DNA from: Octopus sinensis
Taxonomy: Eukaryota
Length of the DNA stretch: 14,791 nt
Assembly: GCF_006345805.1 (NCBI RefSeq)
Contig: NW_021825583.1
Span: forward strand, 1 to 14,791
Reading direction: 5' to 3'
Shown here piece by piece: positions 9,538 through 14,791 of this stretch (position 1 is its first letter; every line of letters starts with the position of its first letter). Under the pieces are notes generated by a model. The model was not told where the DNA came from. It saw only the letters and a list, made by a program, of their open reading frames with translations, and did no database searches. The translations under genes were made by a program, and so were the position numbers.

Positions 9538-9725
9538 CATACATACATGCATACATACGCACATACATACATACATACATACATACATTCATACATACAT
9601 ACATACATACATACATTTCGTACATACATACATACATATATATGTGTGTATATGCATATATATCATATACATAGTATATATATATATATATATATAATAT
9701 ATATATAATGATAAATAGATAGATC

Positions 9726-9820
<95 letters not shown>
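9538..9820. repeat. (CATA)n, (TA)n and (GATA)n microsatellite cluster
   Basis: Directly visible. The GATA run spans about 9711-9820. Confidence 0.95.
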
Positions 9821-10449
9821 TATGAATATACATATATATACAGTGGGAGGTGAGTGAGAAACAGAAGAAGAATGGGAAGGGCAAGATACGAAATTCTTAT
9901 ATATATATATATATATGTATTTATGTGTGTTCATTTAATGCATGTATATGAACATGTGTATGTATATGCTTATATTTACATATAAATGTTCTGCTATATG
10001 AGCATGTATATGTGAGTATGTATGTAAATGTTATTTAAGCTTGAGTTAGGATGGTTCAAGTGAAACACTGTTTATCAAACCAATGATAAAACAGACAGAA
10101 GCACATTTTAATAATTTTTATGTTTTTTCAAATGTTTTAATTTCTTTGTATTCTCTTTATATTAAGGCTTCTATAAAATACACAGAACTCATTCATATAT
10201 ATATGTATATATATGCGTCTGCTAACTGAATGGTAGCAGGATCAATTTAAATATTTTTACACCGTGAATTTGTTAACTATGTTGAGTAAGTTGAACTGTC
10301 GTTTACGTTTGAAAATCATAAATTCATCAGATGAAAACGGTTTGTTTGTACCGATGTCATGTTCTCATTAATCAGTTGTCAGAAACGGCCGTAAGGAATT
10401 GACCCCTGTACCTCTTTGTTACTCACTTATATTTATATATTATATATCA

Positions 10450-10481
<32 letters not shown>

Positions 10482-10928
10482 CGATAGATAGATATTGGTA
10501 TTTAGATAGACAACAGACAGACAACAGAGAGACGGCAAACAAACAGATAGGTAGATAGTTAGGCAGGTAGGTAGGCAGATAAATATATATATATATATAT
10601 TGTATATATATATATAGATATAGATAGATAGAGATTTAATATATGCATTTAAGTGTGCGCATACGTGTGCATGTATGTGTGTGACTTCATGTCATGTGCA
10701 CAATTGATTGTATATGTATCTTGTTTATCATATTTATATCAATAGATCATGTATGTTGCATGAGTACAAGCAGGGTATAACATGTTATCTATACTTCCTC
10801 TGCACAAATAGTCAATCACAAATATGCATTGTATAGAGCATGTGTATGTGTTTTACAGACACACGCACACACATATATGTATATATAAGTATGTATGTTT
10901 GTATGTATGTATATATACATACATATGT

Positions 10929-10988
<60 letters not shown>

Positions 10989-10989
<1 letters not shown>

Positions 10990-11660
10990 CTTTGATACTT
11001 TGATAGGTTTCGGCCATTATTGGCCCAGCCATGTCTAACTTAATAGCACCACCTGGTGAAGTCTTTCAAGTCAGAATTTGGGCACTATGGCCCACTCAAG
11101 TAAGAGTTATTGTTTACAGAGACATATCCGGGTGTAGGGGGTTTATCCGGGATTTCTTGAAGGAATCTGTCCAAAGACTTCTTGAACCCTATAGGGTCTG
11201 TTTCTGTTTTAATGTGTTTTGGTGTAATGTTAAAGAGAGCGGGGAAAATTGAGGTGAAATAATTGTGCCGTATTGTTGTTATGAGATGAGAGTGCGACTT
11301 TTGTTGTGGGCGGATGGCACGGGGCCCAAGCCTTGGATGTACCTAAAAGGTGATGCCAACATCATTTGGGCAATGCTGATGGAATATTTTCCACATCATG
11401 CAGATGGTGTAGCGCACACGGCGACGTTGGAGGTAAGAATAAAGTTTTAGCTTTTCTAGTCGACCCCAATAGTCGAGGCCTGTCATGCCATCTATCTTTT
11501 TTGTGATTGCCCTTTGAGGTGCTTCAACTTTTATGATACTTTGTTTTGTGTGGGGAGACCACAGTGGACAACAGTATTCAAGGTGGGGTCGGCAAAAGTG
11601 GAGAAGAGAAGGATAATCGTGTGGATATCTCTCGACTGGAAAGTTCTGAGAATCCAGGAA
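10989..11660 (-). mobile_element. CR1/L2-group LINE 3' fragment, copy 2 (better preserved; 5'-truncated)
   Basis: The minus strand reads SWILRTFQSRDIHTIILLFSTF/(frameshift)RPHLEYCCPLWSPHTKQSIIKVEAPQRAITKKIDGMTGLDYWGRLEKLKLYSYLQRRR...CPNDVGITF*(TAG 11343-45)VHPRLG...FKKSLDRFLQEIPDKPPTPGY. This is the post-RT region typical of CR1/L2-group ORF2, with 3' tail (ATCAAAGT)2 at 10989-11004. Confidence 0.9.
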
Positions 11661-11661
11661 C

Positions 11662-11748
11662 ACACATATATATATATATATTATATATATATATACATAC
11701 ATACATATATATATAATATATATATATAATATATATATATATATATAC
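11662..11748. repeat. (TA)n-rich microsatellite at the LINE 5' junction
   Basis: Directly visible. A similar tract lies at about 10900-10988 on the other side of the LINE. Confidence 0.93.
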
Positions 11749-11969
11749 AGTGCATACATCATAAAATAAATGCCGCTTCCCTATAATAATTACTTGAAGC
11801 TTTTATAGTACAAAAGAATGTCAAATTTAAAATTTAGACAATCATGTCTTTTGGGAAATTCATTTATGGATTTAAATCTTAAATTCTGTTCAAACTGTAA
11901 GCGAAATCTACGAATAACTACCTCCGCAAATTTCTGTATTCCCATAGCTCAGTCGATCTTTGCTACTTC

Positions 11970-12351
11970 ATTACGTCACAGCCTCCTAACAGCCCAGTTC
12001 GACACAATGTCGCAACATCTTAGATACACAAATTGTCAGGGCCACAGTTACATGTTGTATTAGGGTATCGCAGTTTTACATGCTAGAATAGCCACACAAA
12101 TGCACATTCGCAGCGTCATAGTTGCACACTATATCACGATGTCAGAAGCACCGTATCACAGCGTTACAATTGCATTCAGTGTCACGACGTCAGTGCTTCA
12201 GAAATAATACTGATTATACATCGACACTGTGCATATGCAATTTATCGAAGCTGCTTACAGGAGCAAGGATCATCATAGGTCAAGAATAAAGGAACAAGGA
12301 TCACGGAGTAATAATTATGGAGCAAAGATCATGTTACAAGGAGCATATCAT
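11970..12351 (+). repeat. Unclassified repeat, copy A: degenerate 8-bp CACAGYRY units plus GGARCAARGATCAY array
   Basis: It is alignable to 13130-13416, e.g. ATTCAGTGTCACGACGTCAGTGCTTCAGAA vs ATTCAGTGCCACGGCGCCACAACTTCAGAA, and GCTGCTTACAGGAGCAAGGATCAT vs GCTGCTTGCAGGAGCAGGGATCAT. Confidence 0.65.
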
Positions 12352-12820
12352 ATGTTTGGCGGAAGATCTGGATACGAGAGCTTGCAAATTATCCCTAAAC
12401 TGGCGGAGGTCTCCGAAGAATGAAATGGAAACTAATTTGTCTTTTATTCCTCTGGCGCCGACTGGCTGGATTTGCTAATGTCTCCTGCTAAAGTTTTGGA
12501 TCTTCAATGGAAACTATTAAGGCACCAGGTTGACATGTGACGGAGGATGGTTGACTCACAGTTAGGTTCTGAGGTGGTGCCTCAGCAAAAATACTGGTTG
12601 GTGATGACTATTATATTCTCAACCTTATACATGTGACTCAGGGACACGCGCATTATTATTTATGATTCTTTGAAAAGGTAAATAGTGTCAGAACTTCCGA
12701 AGCATTAGAAGAAATTTATCTATACTCTAGTTAGGAAAATGGCAGTTTGCGTATTTTACAAAAATTATATAAATTAAACAGCGTCTGAAAGATTCGTTGG
12801 GGATATTATAAAATAAACTA

Positions 12821-13036
12821 AGGTGACGAGCTGACAGAACCGTTAGCGCACCGCATGAAATGCCGCTAAATATTTCGTCTGTCTTTATGTTCCGAGTTCA
12901 AATTTCACCGAGGTCGACTTTGTTTTTTATCCTCTCGGAGTCGATAAAATAAGCACCAGTCAAACACTGGTTTCGGTGTAATTGGCTAGCCCTCTCCCCT
13001 AAAATTTCAGACCTTGTGCCTATAGTAGAAAGAAAT
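12821..13036 (+). mobile_element. Near full-length SINE (family B)
   Basis: It has a GAGCTGACAGAACCGTTAG head, a B-box-like GAGTTCAAATT (12894-12904), a CCGAGGTCGACTTTG core and a 3' end CCTTGTGCCTATAGTAGAAAG shared with the other copies. Confidence 0.85.
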
Positions 13037-13129
13037 ATAAAGTTAACCTAAAATTTAACTAGTTTAATTTAGAAATTAAACCATTAAAATTACCAAAAAG
13101 GAATCTTAACAAGCTTCCACAAAGACATC

Positions 13130-13416
13130 AACACTATACAGCGTTACTGTGTAACGTAATATCTTAGAGTCATGGCCTCACAGTGTCACAGTGCCACATT
13201 ATATCCCCCAGTGCCACAGCTCCTAACAATTTTCACAGTATCACAGCTCTATTCAGTGCCACGGCGCCACAACTTCAGAAGCGATACATCAAACTAGAAG
13301 AAATAAACAAAAGGAACAAAATAAGAAAGAAAAGAAAAATTATGGATTGCCACATGAAATTTATAAATAAAGAAAAATCTGTAACGTGAGAGGCTGCTTG
13401 CAGGAGCAGGGATCAT
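13130..13416 (+). repeat. Unclassified repeat, copy B (homologous to 11970-12351)
   Basis: CACAGTGT-CACAGTGC-CACATTAT 8-bp units from 13179. It shares the CTTCAGAA..ATACATC and GCTGCTT..GGAGCAGGGATCAT blocks and carries an extra A-rich insert. Confidence 0.65.
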
Positions 13417-13648
13417 GGTTGTAATCAACGCCACTTCAAATCTTCACGTCTTGAATTCTTCACTTCTTCACCGACAGACACGGAGTGTGTGTGTGTGTAT
13501 GTGTGTGTGTGTGTGTGTGTGGTGTGTGTGTGTGAGCGTGTGTGTGCTTGTGTGTGGAGGGAGTGTGGTTGTTTGGCTCGTGCACAAGAGTTACAAACCT
13601 TTCTGCGATCCACCACCCCCACCCAACTTAACTGTGTTATTCTTACAG

Positions 13649-13795
13649 CCATCACCCATCACGCCACCACCATCACAACAAGAACAACAACAACAACAAC
13701 AATATTCACCAATAGCACCGCCGCCGCCGCCGCCACCAGGAGTTCAGTTCAATTTAGCCCCATCGTTTGAGAGGAGGGAATGTCGATTGCTTTAA
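13649..13795 (+). other. Candidate Pro/Gln-rich exon (unverified)
   Basis: It follows CTTAACTGTGTTATTCTTACAG (AG at 13647-13648) and reads PSPITPPPSQQEQQQQQQYSPIAPPPPPPPGVQFNLAPSFERRECRLL*. It is low complexity with no recognisable domain. Confidence 0.22.
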
Positions 13796-14181
13796 TATCG
13801 TGACCCATTAAACACACACAAGCACACACATACACATATATACACTCTCTCATTCACACGCATACACATACATACACGAACGCATCCACCTTTTAAAAGC
13901 AAGAAACCGTCCCCCACCGTTTCCCAGCCCCCACATCGCAGCATCACCTTCACCGGTATTGCTTTGTTAGATCTTCCTTCGTTCTCATAAGTGTTGTTCA
14001 CGTTGTTTTTGTTGTTCTCGTTGTTGTTCTCGTTGTTGTAGCCTGCAAACGATTTGGTTGTCTTGTTGAAATAATGGCTTTCATCTTGTTCCCCTCCTCA
14101 TCCTTCTTTTCTACTCTTCATCCTCTTTTTCCTCCTTCTCACTCCTTCTTCCCCTTCTCCTCCTCCTCTTCTGCGTAATCT

Positions 14182-14184
<3 letters not shown>

Positions 14185-14272
<88 letters not shown>

Positions 14273-14315
14273 CACTGCTGCTGCAACTACTACTACTATT
14301 ACGACTACTACTACC
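14185..14315. repeat. (CTA)n/(CTG)n compound trinucleotide repeat
   Basis: Directly visible. Confidence 0.95.
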
Positions 14316-14340
14316 AATCATGTTAACCGTAATAACAGTA

Positions 14341-14545
14341 ATTTTTTTCTAATATTGGCACGAGCCCTGAAATTTAGGGTTGGGATTAATCAATTCAATC
14401 GACCCCGGTAACTTGTCGTGTACTTTTCCGTCCCCCGATAGGATGAAAGTCAACGTTAATCTCCGAGCGATTTGAACTCACAGCGCAAAAAGAGCCGAAC
14501 CAAAACATCTCGAAGTATTTCTGTCCGACTCTAACGAGTTTGGTC
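14341..14545 (-). mobile_element. Diverged SINE (family B), inverted relative to 12821-13036
   Basis: The reverse complement reads CTCGTTAGAGTCGGACAGAAATAC...GAGTTCAAATC...GACTTTCATCCTATCGGGG...CCGGGGTCGAT...AAATTTCAGGGCTCGTGCCAATATTAGAAA, colinear with family B. Confidence 0.78.
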
Positions 14546-14564
14546 AAATAATAAACCCTGTGGT

Positions 14565-14791
14565 TGTTGCTGACGTTGTTGTTGTTCTTCTTGTCTTATT
14601 GCTGCTGCTGTTGCTGCTGATGATGATGAGGAGGAGGAGGAGGAGGAGGAAGAGGAGAAGGAGGAGGAAGGGAGGAGGACGTTAATAAGGATCTACAATT
14701 TTTCTCATGTTTGAACATTTTAGTATCAACTGTCCTCTCTTTTCTCCACCCCTTCTTTATCTCCCTCTTTCTCTCTCTCTCTCGCCTCCCT
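14565..14791. repeat. GTT/GCT/GAT/GAG trinucleotide runs and CT-rich tail
   Basis: Directly visible. Confidence 0.85.

Noticed and set aside
8732-9934. Long ORFs (poly-Leu, poly-Arg, IYLS and MYVC repeats)
   Set aside because: These are direct translations of microsatellites with no coding signature. The same applies to most of the supplied ORF track.
13179-13217. RAG/Transib RSS-like heptamers CACAGTG (13179-13185, 13187-13193)
   Set aside because: There is no ACAAAAACC-like nonamer at 12- or 23-bp spacing, and the heptamers are part of the 8-bp periodic repeat.

Overview
AT-rich, microsatellite-saturated metazoan non-coding DNA, most likely from an octopus or other coleoid cephalopod. This is inferred from SINE families I recognise from memory and is not database-verified. 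No host protein-coding gene, true tRNA/rRNA gene or CRISPR array is supported, and nearly all supplied ORFs are translations of simple repeats. The window is a mosaic of transposon relics: (i) three tRNA-type SINE families, about seven copies; (ii) two 5'-truncated copies of one CR1/L2-group LINE; (iii) a 3' fragment of an R4/Dong-like restriction-like-endonuclease LINE in an (ATT/GTT)n tract, itself interrupted by a SINE with an 18-bp target-site duplication; (iv) a 367-bp non-autonomous Helitron-like element with an unusual terminal palindrome. Two structures are not explained by these. One is a ~51-bp-period array at 1939-2254 in which only a 12-bp core (ATTAGCTGTRAR) is conserved. The other is a pair of diverged homologous segments (~11970-12350 and ~13130-13416) built from 8-bp CACAGYRY units followed by a GGARCARRGATCAY motif. 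A few isolated splice-acceptor-like signals may indicate a surrounding long gene, but the evidence is weak.
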